A DNA stretch of 64,000 nt from Azolla caroliniana (taxonomy: Eukaryota > Plantae > Polypodiophyta): positions 14,570,001 to 14,634,000 of the forward strand of contig JBHGNT010000016.1 of NCBI GenBank assembly GCA_043228905.1. Reading direction: 5' to 3'. The notes under the pieces are model-generated. The model was not told the origin of the DNA, ran no database searches, and was given only the letters and a program-made list of their open reading frames with translations. This document shows positions 35,201 through 48,031 of this stretch, piece after piece (within the stretch, counting starts at the first letter, position 1; each line of letters starts with the position of its first letter). The translations under genes and the position numbers were made by a program.

Positions 35201-37129
35201 CATTGTGAAGATCGACAGAGGCCAAGCGGACCACTACGGGGTGTTCCTCGGACGCGGAGAACACTGGTTATATGACGTAACAAGGGGCATGCATACGGTC
35301 GGTTGAGGGCCGCGGGACGAGCACGTGTACGAAAGGAGATCGCGACAAACAGCCTATCGGCAGGTCAAACGAGCCTATGAAGAGGCAAGCGCGAGGACGG
35401 AATTGGAGCAGACGGTTCAGAACCGGCAGAGGCCAACACGACAATCGGGGATGCGGATTACGGAAGACTGTTTGCTCACTACGACCGGAATCTCTCACAT
35501 TTCATCGGATTTGGCACATATTGGTGGACATGCGGTTTGGTGGGGGAGGATGTCATGGAGATTCACAACCATAGTGAGAAAACCGGGGCTATTGGGAATA
35601 TCGGTGGGGTGCGGCGTGAGCACTCCCCCTTGTATAAACGTGTAAGATAATGGGGTGCCTTTATGGCGTTGAATAGGAGTTTAGTTGAGAGTCGAGACAG
35701 AGAATCCCATGTAATACGGGATTTGTCCCACATTGTTAGGCACCTCCCTCCTTGTGCTATAAAACGAAGGGAGGGTCCCTTGTAAACGGGTTGCCCATTT
35801 TGAGTGAGGAGGGTATACTACTTAGGTCAAAGGTATGTTAGTTTTCTCTTCTTCTTATTAGGGTTTCAGGTAGGTCTTTTTCTTTGTTGTCGTATGGGTA
35901 GAGTCTTTGTCTGTTTAGGGTTTAGCTCGGTTAAGAGGTCATATGTCCTAGGGGGTTTCGCTTCCGCGCCATCTCTTATGCAAGACCCCTCTCGGCGCGA
36001 CGAGCTCGGGAGCTCCCCGACCGGTGGCTTGGCAGTTGACCATTGTTGTAAGCTAATCTACCTTAGGTGGCTCAAAGCCGGAGTTGTATCTCGCTCTTGT
36101 ATATATATAAATATGTGAGGTTCTGTGCATCTATGTCGGTGTCGGTGTCGGTGTCTTTGGAGTTATTTCTTTCCGTTTCTGTACATAAATAGCGTGTGTT
36201 GAGTAGGTGTTGCGCTCTCTCTCTCTCTCTCTCTCTCTCCTTTGTTCGGTAGCCTTCGGTACACATCTAGAATCGCCCCGGTCTGTGCCACAGCCGGCGC
36301 AGCCGGGAATAGAGAGAGTGAGTCTCCCGGTATCATCTCTCTCTCATCCGAGACCCCCATGGTCCTGCCCCTTTTCGACACATACTCGTTCTACCGCGAC
36401 AATGTTCTACTTGATGCACGCCCGGATATGTTGGGAGGAAGTGAATGTGATATTCGACACTGTTGATGATCTGTGGCACAAAAGGTTATGCCACATGAGC
36501 CAGAAAGGGATGTGAAGACTTGCCGAAGATAACCTCATTCCGGCAGTGAAAGATGTGTAGCTTGAGAAGTGCACCGACAGTTTGGCCGGCAAGGAGAACC
36601 GAACCTCTTTTCGGTCAAGACCACCGACAAGAACGGAAAGAACCACTAGATCTTGTGCATACAGATGTATGTTAGGTGCACGCGAAGTCACATGCTAGGT
36701 CGTAGTACTTTGTGATGTTCATAGATGACCACAACCGAAAGTTGTGGGTCTCACCGTTGAAGACGAAGGACTAGGTATTATCCGTCTTCAAGGAATTCCA
36801 TGTGAGAGTGAAAAGGGAAACCGGACGGAAGCTGAACGCGGTTCGAGCAGACAACAGAGGCGAATATCGGGGGCAGTTCAAGGAGTACTGCCGATCGAAG
36901 GGAATCCAGCTCAAATTTACCGTGCCGAAGGATATAGAACTAAACGGATTAGCCGAAAGGATAAACAAAACCATTATGGGGAGAGTCCGGAGCATGTTGG
37001 CACATGGAAAGTTGCCCAAGATGTTCTGGGTTGAGGCACTAATGACGGTGAGATATGTGATAAACAAATCACCCTCAACACCGTTGGAAGGAGACACACA
37101 CCACAAAGAATATGGACCAGTAAAGACGT

Positions 37130-38103
37130 TGTCGTGAAGATTTTCGGCAACAGTGTGAAAATCGCGTGGGAAAAGGAAAATCGAGAAGGTGTAATGTGCA
37201 CACGTATGAAAGGAGTGATGGTTACATATGTATGTTAGCACGTTAATGTGCACATGTGATGGGTGTTTAGTTTTTCATTACACAATATAAAAATAAGCCT
37301 AGGGCCTATTGGCATACAATGACGTGCAAGTAAGGTTTTGAACCTTACACCTCAAGGATAGGAGGCAATTAACATACCATTAAGGCTATGTTGTTTTCTT
37401 CATTATATTTTTCACATGTAACTACTCGTACATGAGAGCTTGAATGAGGTACATGGTCATCATGCATCATATGTGATGCATTCATGCCAAATGGCAATCA
37501 TGCATCACATGCATTTCATGCATTGTATGCATGTCTTACACCCTCACATGCATCATATGCATGGGGGCATCTATATAAGAAGGAAAGGAAGGGAAAGGAA
37601 ATCAGGTGACATATGGAATTAATAAGATAATAATAAAAGCTTAGTTGTCTCATTGGCAATGTATCTTGTCTCTCAACCTTGAGGTGAAAGGTTCAAACCC
37701 AGGACTTGTATTCCTACCCGTATTTATCTATCTAATTATCTACCTTTAATACTTTCTCGCTTGTGCTAGTCCTTCCGGTCCAGAACACTGACGGTCCAAC
37801 TTCATTGTCTTGCATGATTCCTTCCATCCTCCATCACCACTTGCGGATAGAGGCCGGTGCTTGTCTACGCGCGCACATGTGTGACGTGCTTCGTGACATC
37901 TTTGTGGTGCGGTAAATATTTTCTCTCTCTCCCTCCCTCCTTTTTCCCAGTCAACCCAGACAAGTGTCTTCGACAACAAGAATGACCCAATTGTAAACCT
38001 AAACGACCGATTCCTTACAAGCACAAGTCACCCAATTTATCCTCCTTGGAAAAGACCCCGGAGGTTCCGTTCGACCAACCCGCAGGCACGGATTTCCGTG
38101 ACA
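37130..38103 (+). mobile_element. Solo LTR G of the TGTCG..TGACA clade
   Basis: TSD ACGT (37126-37129 and 38104-38107); the host Copia integrase resumes; TATATAAG near 37572. Confidence 0.9.
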
Positions 38104-38252
38104 ACGTGTCTTACCAACCTCTAAAGGTGTTCGGATGTCTTGCTTATGTGCATGTAGCAAAGAACAAGAGAGAGAAATTGGACCCGAAGTCTCGGCCATG
38201 CATATTCCTTGGATACATCGATGATGATTTCGGATATCAAGTGTGGGACTTG

Positions 38253-41200
38253 TGTTGAGAAGCAAGCTCAACAAAGGTATGTGATGCTTATTGAGAAATA
38301 AGTTATAGTAGCTATTAGCTAATTAGCTACTAGTGGACATAAAGGTGAAACAACTATTTAGCTATGCACAACTATTTAACTACTAACAACTATTTAGCTA
38401 CAGACAGCTAATTAGCTGCATATATAAGTCACTTATATACTTAGGTAAAAAGTAAATGTAGTAAGTAGAAGAGAGTAGTAGTGAGAGTAGTGTAGAGAGT
38501 TGTAAGAATAGAAAGAACAAAAAACAAACGAGAGCAAGTTGAGCTCTGCGTGTAATGAAGTAGAAGCTTTTGGATTGTGCAAAGGTAAGTCTCCTTCCCC
38601 TTCCCTTTTCTGTCTTGAGCACTAAACGATCCAACACATCACGATCCGTTGTGCCCACAAAAGAGCCGTAGCACCTTCGTAACATGGTATCAGAGCTGAG
38701 TTGCTCATAAAGAATATTAGAACAATACAGATCTGAGAAAGGTTGTTTCTTTGTTTGCTGATCTGAATCAGAGAGTTGTTTGTTGAAGTAATTGTAGCAA
38801 AAGACCTAATTTGAAAGAGAAAATGGCTACAGAAAATGGAAGCCAAATAGTCACAAAAAAATAAGATAAAAACAATTTCTCAGCATGGAAATTCAGAATG
38901 ACAAATTTCCTAATGGGAAAAGGATATTAGGATTACATTGAAGGATACCTAGAAGAGGCTCCAAAGATCCTTGAAGAAAATGCAACTGCTGCATAGATTA
39001 TAACATTTAAAGAATGGAATCAAGGGGAAAGAAAGGTATTGCATTGACTCTCACTTAGCATCTCAAATTGGATGCTTGGACACATACAAGATGTTATGCT
39101 TCCAAAAGAAGCTTGGGACAGTTTAGTAAAACTGTTTGTAGTGAACACAAAAGGCTAGAAAGCTTTAGTTGAAGACTGAGCTAAATACCTTGGAAAAAGG
39201 TAAAATGTCAGTGAATGAGTATGCTCTGAAAATAAAGAGCGTATGTGAATCACTTGTTTCTATCGATGTGAAGGAAGAGAATGATGATAAGGTGGAAATA
39301 TGCTTAAGAGGTTTAGGATCTCAATATAAAAGCTTCAAAACATCTATTCTCACAAGGGATAGCATCCCAAGTTTTCCAAATGTGATTTCAATGCTTGTAG
39401 TGGAAGAAAGAAATCATATGGATGATGTAAACAAAGGAAACTCTAAGACTGAGGAGCAAGCCCTCTACAATAGTGTTGGAAGAGGCCGAGGAAGAGGCCA
39501 TGGAAGATTTGGTTCAACTAGAAGCAACAATAGTTATCAAGGAAGAGGACAATAGGTTACAAGTGGAAGAAACAACATCAGAGGTAGGGGGAGCAATCGA
39601 GGAAGAGGTAAGCAAACTTATTTGAATGATGATGGTTTTTGGTATTGTGGAAAACCAAGCCATACACAGGTTGAATGCTATAAAAAGCAAAATGATGAAA
39701 AAAGAGGGAAGAGACAGCAAAATAATTATGCCTCAACTAGTGAAGACTGTGATAAAGACGATGCATTTGTGGTGCAACATGAAACAGCAGCAATGGCTGA
39801 ATGTTCACAGAGATGTAATGAAGAGTTTATGTGGTATGTAGATTCTGGGGCATCTAATCATATGACAGGACATGCAAACTGGTTTGAAAGTCTAAGAGAA
39901 CTAGAGATTCCTAATTATGTATAGACAGGTGATAATACCACTCACCAAATAGAGCATGTTGGAGATATCCCATTGTGGGAAGAAAAAGGGAAAACAAAAT
40001 ATATGCTGAATGTTATGCATGTGCGAAACCTTGCAAAAAATTTGATTTCTATTGGACAAATAGTGGAGCAAGGAATGCAAGTTAAGTTTAAGCAAAGTGG
40101 ATGCTTTATAGAGAAACGGGGAAAGCTTATTGCAAAAGGAAAACATCAAGGAAGAATGTTTGTGTTAGATGTGGATATGCCTAAAAAGATTACAGTCATA
40201 TTTGCAGAAGGAATGAGTGTAATCTCAGATGTGGAAATGTGGCATAAAAGAATTGGTCACATAAGTATGCAAACCTTGAAAAATATGTTGAGGAAAAATG
40301 CAGTGGCTGGACTGCCTAAGTTGAAAGACTGTAAGATAAGCAAAATATGTGAAGCGAAACAGGTTGCCTTTCCCTCATGAAAGACATGTGAGCAAAAATT
40401 TGTTGGATTTTCTACATACAGATATATGGGGACCAACAAAAAATGCATCAATTAGTGGATGTAAGTTTTATGTAACATTCATTGATGATTGCTCAAGGAA
40501 AACATGGGTTTACTTCATGAAAGAAAAAAATGAAGTTTAAATGCATGGTAGAAAAGCAGGTTGGAACTAGAATAAAATGCCTAAGATCTGATGGAGGAGG
40601 AGAATACTTCTCAAATGAGTTTTCTGATTTTCTATGTAATCAAGGAATAAGGAGACAGTTTACATGTAGATATACTCCACAGCAAAATGGAGTTGCTGAG
40701 AGAAAAAACAAAACTCTGGTGAACATAGCAAGAGCCATGATGACAAAAATATATATGCCATTGTATTACTGGGAAGAAGCTGTAAACACAGCAAATTATA
40801 TTCTAAATAGATGTATAACATCTGGAATGCATGAAGTAACTCCTGAAGAATGTTTCTATGGCAGGAAGCCTAGTTTAGAACACTTAAAAGTGTTTGGATG
40901 CCTTGCCTATGTTCATGTACCTACTGAAGTAAGAAGTAAGCTTGATCCAAAAGCTGAAAAATGTGTTTTTGTTGGATATTCAGAGGAACAAAAAGGGTAT
41001 AGATGCTATAACCCTTTCACAAAAAAGATTGTGGTAAGCCGTGATTTAATATTTTATGAGTTGGGCAGCTGGTACAGCCAAAAACAAAATGTAGAAACTG
41101 ATGAAGACTGTAAAAATGAAGACAGAGAAAAATTTGAAAATGGAAGAGATTGCCATGGAGATGGAAACAATGTTGGACAACAAAGTTCCACATCAATGGA

Positions 41201-43577
41201 ATGTATTGGACCATCTAGAAGCTCAGGTAGTAAATTTGAATCTAATGCATGGAGTGGAAAAAATGCAAGACACAAAAAATATGATGATAGAAAGGGGAAA
41301 CAGAATATGCAAGAATATGAAATGCTTGATGATGGGTCTAGAAACATGGAAGATGTAGATTCCAATACATCATTGGATGATGAGCTTGGTATAGGAGCCT
41401 TGAAAATCCCTAGTATGGAAAAAGCAATGAAAGATGCACATCAGAAACTCAGAAGATTAGATAGAGAGAAAAATATTGTTGAAAGATTTGGTTATGACAC
41501 ATGGCTATGCATTATGCATACATGTCTAAAGTGGTACACATCCCTAATCCAAATAGTTTTGATGAAGCAAAATCTAATAAGAAATGGGTGAATGCAATGC
41601 AAGAAGAAATAGATGCATTGGCTGAAAACAGAACATGGGATTTGGTGAAGTTACAGAAAGGAAAAAATGTTGTAGGTTGCAAATGGGTCTACAAAACAAA
41701 GCATGATTCCAATGGAAATGTTAGTAGACATCAAGCAAGACTTGTGGCAAAGGGATATGCCCAGATGCATGGAAATGATTATGATGAAACATTTGCACTG
41801 GTGGCAAAAATGGCAACCTTGAGAACACTACTTGTTGTGAGTGCAACCAAAAGATGGTTTCTGCACCATATGGATGTAAAAAATGTCATTTTACATGGTA
41901 ACTTGGAAGAGGAAGTATACATGTGTCAACCACTAGGTTTTGAAGATAAGAAGCATCCAAAATATGTATGTAGGCTGAAAAAGGCTCTCTATGGACTGAA
42001 ATAGGCACCGAGAGCATGGCATAAAGAACTTTCAGAATCTCTGAAAAAAATTTCCTTCAAAATGTCAAAAGCTGATCCATCATTATATGTAAAGAAGATA
42101 AATGATTGCATTGTTGTGATTTTGATTTATGTAGATGATTTAATCATTGGAGGTAATTCCATGGATGAAATAAGCAAGCTGAAAAAAAATCTTGAAATGC
42201 AATTTCATATGAAGGATTTGGGAGAGCTGAGATACTTTCTTGGCATTGAGATGATCAGATCTGAAAGTGGTATATATATGTTGCAAAAACAATATGCGAC
42301 AACTATGTTGAAGAAGTATGGTATGCTTGGATGCAAACCTATTGGTGTACCACTAGATAAGAACTACAAATTGAGGGTTGATTTGGGAGCCAAAATAGAA
42401 GATGTAAACATGTACAGGTCTATGGTGGGTACCCTCATATCTTTGACCATAACAAGACCTAATTGGAGTTATGATGTGGATTAGTTAGCCAGTTTATGCA
42501 ACAACCAACAAAGCCACATTTGGACTGCATTAGAAGAATCTTGAGGTATGTAAAAGCTACTCAGAACTATGGATTGTTTTACAGGGCTGATTTGGACATA
42601 AAGCTGGAAGGATATACAGATGTTGATTGGGCTGGAAGCCAAACTGACAGAAGATCCACAAGTCGATATATTTTTACATTGGGAAGTGCAACTATTTCAT
42701 GGGGTAGCAAGAAACAAGCTACTGTTGCATTATCAAGTACTGAAGTTGAATATAAAGGAGCTGCAATAGCCACCTGTGAAGAGGTATGGATCAGAAGATT
42801 GCTTTCTGATTTGGGAGAGTATATAGATGGTGTAGTCACAATTTGGTGTGACAATATGAGCAGCATTCAAGTGGCAAAAAACCCAGTGTTCCATGCAAGA
42901 ACAAAGCACATTGAATTGCATTATCACTTTGTTAGAGAAAAAGTGATTGATAAAGAAGCGGATTTGTTGTATATAAGTATAAACCAGCAAGTTCCTGATA
43001 TTCTTACGAAGGGATTGAGCATGGAAAAACATACACAGTTTATAGACATGATGGGAGTTATAACCATCGGCATGGTAGTTGAAAAGCATGAAGAAAAGAA
43101 GATTGAAGATGATCCCAAGAAAGGATAAGTTGAGCTTGAGGGGGAGTGTTGAGAAGCAAGCTCAACAAAGGTATGTGATGCTTATTGAGAAATAAGCTAT
43201 AGTAGCTATTAGCTAATTAGCTACTATTGGACATAAAGGTGAAATAGCTTTTAGCTATGCACAACTATTTAGCTACTGAAAGCTAATTAGCTAATGGCAG
43301 CTAATTAGCTGCATATATAAGTCACTTATATACTTAGGTAAAAAGTAAGTGTAGTAAGTAGAAGAGAGTAATAGTGAGAGTAGTGTAGAGAGTTGTAAGA
43401 ACAGAAAGAACAAAAAACAAACGAGAGCGAGTTGAGCTCTGCATGTAATGAAGTAGAAGCTTTTGGATTGTGCAAAGGTAAGTCTCCTTCCCCTTCCCTT
43501 TTCTGTCTTGAGCACTAAACGATCCAGCACATCACGATCCGTTGTGCACACTGAAGAGCCGTAGTGCCTTCGTAACA
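38253..43577 (+). mobile_element. Full-length but degenerate Ty1/Copia; LTRs 38253-38684 and 43147-43577
   Basis: TSD ACTTG; PBS TGGTATCAGAGC 38685-38696; PPT TTGAGGGGGAG; LTRs clearly diverged (about 20 differences by eye). Confidence 0.97.
38823..43128 (+). pseudogene. Copia gag-PR-IN-RT-RH with multiple stops and frameshifts
   Basis: VDSGASNHM, HTDIWGP, RSDGGGEY, QNGVAERKN, ARLVAKGY, YVDDL, YTDVDWAG, RTKHIELHYHFVRE. Confidence 0.97.
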
Positions 43578-43949
43578 ACTTGGTCGACAGGAAGGTCTTC
43601 TGGAGTAGAGACATAGTCTTCATGGAAGACAAGACCATAGCCGACTAGGAATCAGAGAATAGAATAGTATCCTCTAGATCGATTAACAGAGAACGATTGC
43701 AAGAGGCAAGGACCCATCCGGTCAGAAGCCGGATGTTAGCTGAAAACCACAGAGAATTGTCTAGATCCAAACAAAGAACCGAAACGACCGAAGAAGAACT
43801 GGACACCAGAACCAGAGAAGACCCTGAATTGAATTCAGATGAAGAATAGACGGAGGAACCAATTGTCGGAACTCAAGGATGGAGATATCCTCTCAGAGAG
43901 AGAAGAGCCCCTGGAGATTTCTGGATACAGAGCATATATTGCTGACCGA

Positions 43950-44600
43950 CGAAGGGGAGCAATCAAGCTCGAAGTGCCACAAGCACTATGGTCAGGCAAA
44001 CAACCGACCTACGAAAGGCTTCGAATTTTTGGATGTGAAGCTTACACATTCATCCCTAGGGAGAAGAGGACCAAGTTTGCACCCCATGCAACAAAGTGCA
44101 TCTTTCTCGGTTATGGAACCGATGGGGATTTCAGCTATCAGGTATGGGACCCAGAGAATCGGAAATTGATCCAAAGTGGTGACGTAGTTTTCAATGAAGA
44201 CTCTATCCTCTCTGAACGGCACCAACAAAAAATAGTGGGCAAAATGGTCTCTTTCGAAATCGACAGAGAAGTCGTAGAAAGACCGACCCACCTGGACGAA
44301 GCGAAGATTCGACAAACAGTTAAACTCGACCAAGCCGACAATACACCTGTCGACTCCGAATCGGTAGGAGGTTCATGAGTCGAACTTGAAAACAAAGCCA
44401 TCAAAGACAAAGCTGAATCGACAAGAGTCAAAAAAGGCAAAGTCGACAAGATGTGAGTCGGAAACAGAGTTGACCTGACCGAGACACCCAAGGCCAAAAG
44501 GAAAAACAGATCCGAGTCATCTAAGTGTCTCCATCCCGAACAAGGGGAAAATGCGGTGACATCGCCGAAATCCTATCACAAGGGCGAGTCATCCAAAAGG
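43950..44600 (+). pseudogene. Copia integrase C-terminal (SH3-like) fragment of another family
   Basis: LWSGKQPTYERLRIFGCEAY..KCIFLGYG..VWDPENRKLIQSGDVVFNE; boundaries approximate. Confidence 0.75.
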
Positions 44601-46054
44601 ACTCCTAACATAAGTGGTTCAACAAATGTTAGTCAACCGATAGAGACGATCGAAGGTAATTGTGTTGATGGTAATTGAACCTTGCAAATGCCATTCACTT
44701 CACAAATTTTGTAGGGGAGTTCTCAAAATGAAGAAGAGGAGAGCATTGTGGATACCTTGATAACTATGTGATATGTTCAAATTGATATATTAATGTTTAC
44801 ATCTAAGTTTGGCAATTTTGACAATTTATGAATATCGTCTACATTTTAGGAGTTATGAATTTATCAAAATTGTTTATGAATATTGTATGCATTTCTTGAG
44901 TTGTGAATTTATGGATGCTTGTGAGCACTAAATTTATAGATGATGGCATTAAGGATTACAATGTTACCTCTTATACTTAAAACATTTTCAAGTCTAACAA
45001 TAGATGTAACTTCCACTTCTGGAACCTACATCTGCTCAAGATGGTGAAACCATTAATATTAACTTGTGCCTTGAGTTAACCATTGTGATTTTCTTTAAGT
45101 TAACTACATTTCCTATCTGCAAACAATCAACGTTTAAAAATTTATTGAGAAACTATTCAATTTTAGAAATTATCATTTTGAAACTTGTTAAATCTCAAAA
45201 AAATAGCAAATTTACATGCTATTTAAAACATGTGATATTGGTGTATCAAGTATTTGAAAATTGCCTAAAATCGCAAGATTATAAAAGGAATTTATAACTG
45301 GAATGCACGATCCTTCCACTTGTGAATGCGAATGTGTTGGAGGGGAGGGAGCCCTAGATCTCCTTGATTCGGCCAATATAATCGGCCACAAATAGATCTT
45401 TCTACTAGACGTTGCTGAGCTCCTGTCTGACCTGCATCTTTCTGGTTGTTGTGGTAGCGGCAAAAAATCCGTTTGAGATTCGCCCACAGATCTTTTGGCA
45501 TTTTGGCGTCCCAGATGTAGCTCAAAAGTTGGTCCCTCACACAAGACACGTAGTAAATCACCCTGCTTGCCGCTTACTCCTAGGTCGGAATGTTTGTGTG
45601 TGTCGAATATGGGGTTGCATCGTTTGCTCCTTCGACGTAACCCTAGTATCCATGTTCCTGTTGTCGGAAGGAAAGGGGTTCGTCTGTGTATCGTCTTTCT
45701 CTTTTCGTGTCAGCTGCTAAGGATTCTCAACCCTTGCGCTCTGATACCATGTAAAAAGATATGCGTGGAAGTATTATGCGAAACACAAAGTACACAGTTA
45801 GTTATCTGAAACCACAACAGTTAGGTATACGCAAAGATATAGTGGGAGAGACAGAGTGAATAGACAAGAAAACTTTCTATTACAAAAATGACTCTATACA
45901 TGAATGTGTTCAGAGGGTACTTTTTAAATATAGGCCCGGACAGAGGACTGATAAGTTCTAAGGGCTTGTCGGCTCCCCACTGATCTTCCTCCGATCTGGC
46001 TCTCGGCTTCTTCAGCTAATCCCGGCCTAAACAATTTGCCTTCGTTCGATCCGG

Positions 46055-47739
46055 TGTCGTGAAAATCCGTCACTATGTGCGGATCGTGAGGCGGAATCGC
46101 CGGGGTTATGGACGGGAAGGAAATAGGGCTCACACACACAACACAAGGAAGGCTTACACAAACAAGGCACGAGTATTCGAACGTGTTTGTGAAAAGGACA
46201 AGTGCATGGGCAAGCCCGAATCAACCCCTAGTCACAAGGCGAACAAATGCACATGAGGAAGGCTTACACACGGACACACAAGGAAAAGGCTTACTTACAC
46301 ACACGAGAGATAGAGTTTCGAATGCCTTTGTGAAAAGAGAGGTGCATGGGCAAGCACGAACGCTCCCTTGTTACAAGACACGCAAACACACAAGCAAGGT
46401 TTACACACGGGAGACACAATTTCGAACGCCTTTGTGAAAGGAGAGGTGCATGGGCAAGCCCGAACGCTCCCTTGCCATAAGTCGCACGAACACACAAGAA
46501 AGGTTTACACACGAGAGACACAATTTCGAACGCCTTTGTGAAAGGAGAGGTGCATGGGCAAGCCCGAACGCTCCCTTGCCATAAGTCGCACGAACACACA
46601 AGCAAGGTTTACACACGAGAGACACAATTTCGAACGCCTTTGTGAAAGGAGAGGTGCATGGGCAAGCCCGAACGCTCCCTTGCCACAAGTCGCACGAACA
46701 CACAAGAAAGATTTACACTAACACGCAAGACACAATTTTGAACACCTTTGTGAAAGGAGAGGTGCATGGGCAAGCCCGAACGCTCCCTTGCCACAAGTCG
46801 CACGAACACACAAGCAAGATTTACACTAACATGCAAGACACGTAAGTTTGAATGCCTTTGTGAAAGGAGAGGTGCATGGGCAAGCTTGAAACGCTCCCTT
46901 GTCACAAGACACACAAACAAATAAGCACAAACGACGATAACATATAAGACACATAGGTTTGAATGCCTTTGTGAAAGGAGAAGTGCATGGGCAAGCTCGA
47001 AACGCTCCCTTGTCACAAGACACACAAACAAATAAGCACAAATGACGATAACAAATCAGCACAATCAAGATTTACACATAAGACAAGTAGATGAAAGAAA
47101 ACATTAGTTTATATCAATATAATAGATTCTTTTATAATATAAGAATCATGTTACAATGGGTTGGATGCGAATATGAAGGATTGTTTATAAAGGAATGGGG
47201 GAAGAGAGGTGGAGGAAAGAAGAGAGTGGAGTATAGAAGGAGTTTCTTTGTTGATGATGCCTCTCGATGTTGTTGATCCTTCTTCTTCCACTTTCCAATT
47301 GAGTAGATCTTCCGCGTTCCTTCTCCCTCCCCCCCCCCTTTCTACACTAGAATAGGCTCTTATTTATAGGTTTAGGATTGCTTGCCTTTTCCCCCTAAAA
47401 AAAAGCTTGTCTATATGAGTCAACTTTTCTTTTCCTCACTATTTCTGTTTTCTAGCATCAAATTTCACATGCAAGATATTCTTCGAAAGCTCTTTAGGTT
47501 AGCTTTGTTATGCATCTTTTCTTTTCTAATTTGGACATTTGACGAGGAAATTATGAGCCTTTTACTCGACCTTGCTCCTCATATCCACGACTAGCTTTTC
47601 TTTTCCCACCTTTTTCTCTAATTTTGTCTACTTTCGAAAACCTCTTCTAACTTTTTATCCTTTCATTTATTACTATAGTTGACTTAAGAAAATTAGTTTA
47701 TTTAGACCACAATTTTATTCTCTCATAAACATCACGACA
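46055..47739 (-). mobile_element. Solo LTR H (TGTCGTGA..TCACGACA), 1.7 kb
   Basis: 8-bp terminal inverted repeat; flanks CCGG/CCAG; the host LTR resumes after it; minus-strand TATAAATA near 47368. Confidence 0.8.
46135..47070. repeat. ~104-bp tandem array, about 8-9 units, inside H
   Basis: CGAACGCCTTTGTGAAAGGAGAGGTGCATGGGCAAGCCCGAACGCTCCCTTG recurs with a 104-bp period in the core; outer units are longer and more diverged. Confidence 0.95.
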
Positions 47740-48031
47740 CCAGCTTCCAGCTTCTTCAATTGATCAAGACCATGTTAACCTTGTCACTCAACACGATGGT
47801 GCTCGGCCTTTGGTCACTCGACATCTCAAGCTTGAGGAGGATGGAAGCTGAAAAACGAAAACTGAAAGTCGTGGAGGAAGCGGTGGAAGCTGGATAAGAG
47901 CCGACACGAACCGAAAGCCGAAAAGAGACGAAAACTAGACAAGGGACGACAAGAGCCATAGTCGACAATTGGTAAAGCCGAAGCCGACCGAAAGCTAAAA
48001 GTCAGACACCACACTTGAGATTGAAGGGGCG

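Larger units (their letters stand above)
8395..36401 (+). mobile_element. Element D: non-autonomous LTR element (5' LTR 8395-9699, interrupted; 3' LTR 35551-36401) with gag-like remnant and no pol
   Basis: TGTC..GACA termini; TSD ATGT (8391-8394 and 36402-36405); PBS TGGTGAACCCGACGTGAA at 9704; PPT GGTGGGGGAGGA 35539-35550; the two LTRs align. Confidence 0.9.
7166..43900 (+). mobile_element. Outer Copia (LTR 7166-7672, PBS 7676-7687); degenerate gag-pol split into 7718-8394, 36406-37129, 38108-38252 and 43583-~43900
   Basis: The reading joins across each insertion: RARKINM|FYLMHAR, WTSKDV|SYQPLKVFGC, QVWDL|VDRKVFWSRDIVFMED; 3' end not identified. Confidence 0.85.
45290..47793 (-). mobile_element. 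Truncated Copia: 5' LTR 47793-45750 (interrupted by H), PBS-Met 45738-45749, gag remnant
   Basis: Minus-strand LTR start TGTTGAGTGACAAG resembles 5924; gag YIWDAKMPKDLWANLKRIF. Confidence 0.8.

Noticed and set aside
44600-45290. AT-rich stretch, and a similar one at 58600-59550, as possible gene or DNA transposon
   Set aside because: No recognisable ORF, terminal repeats or TSD could be supported by eye
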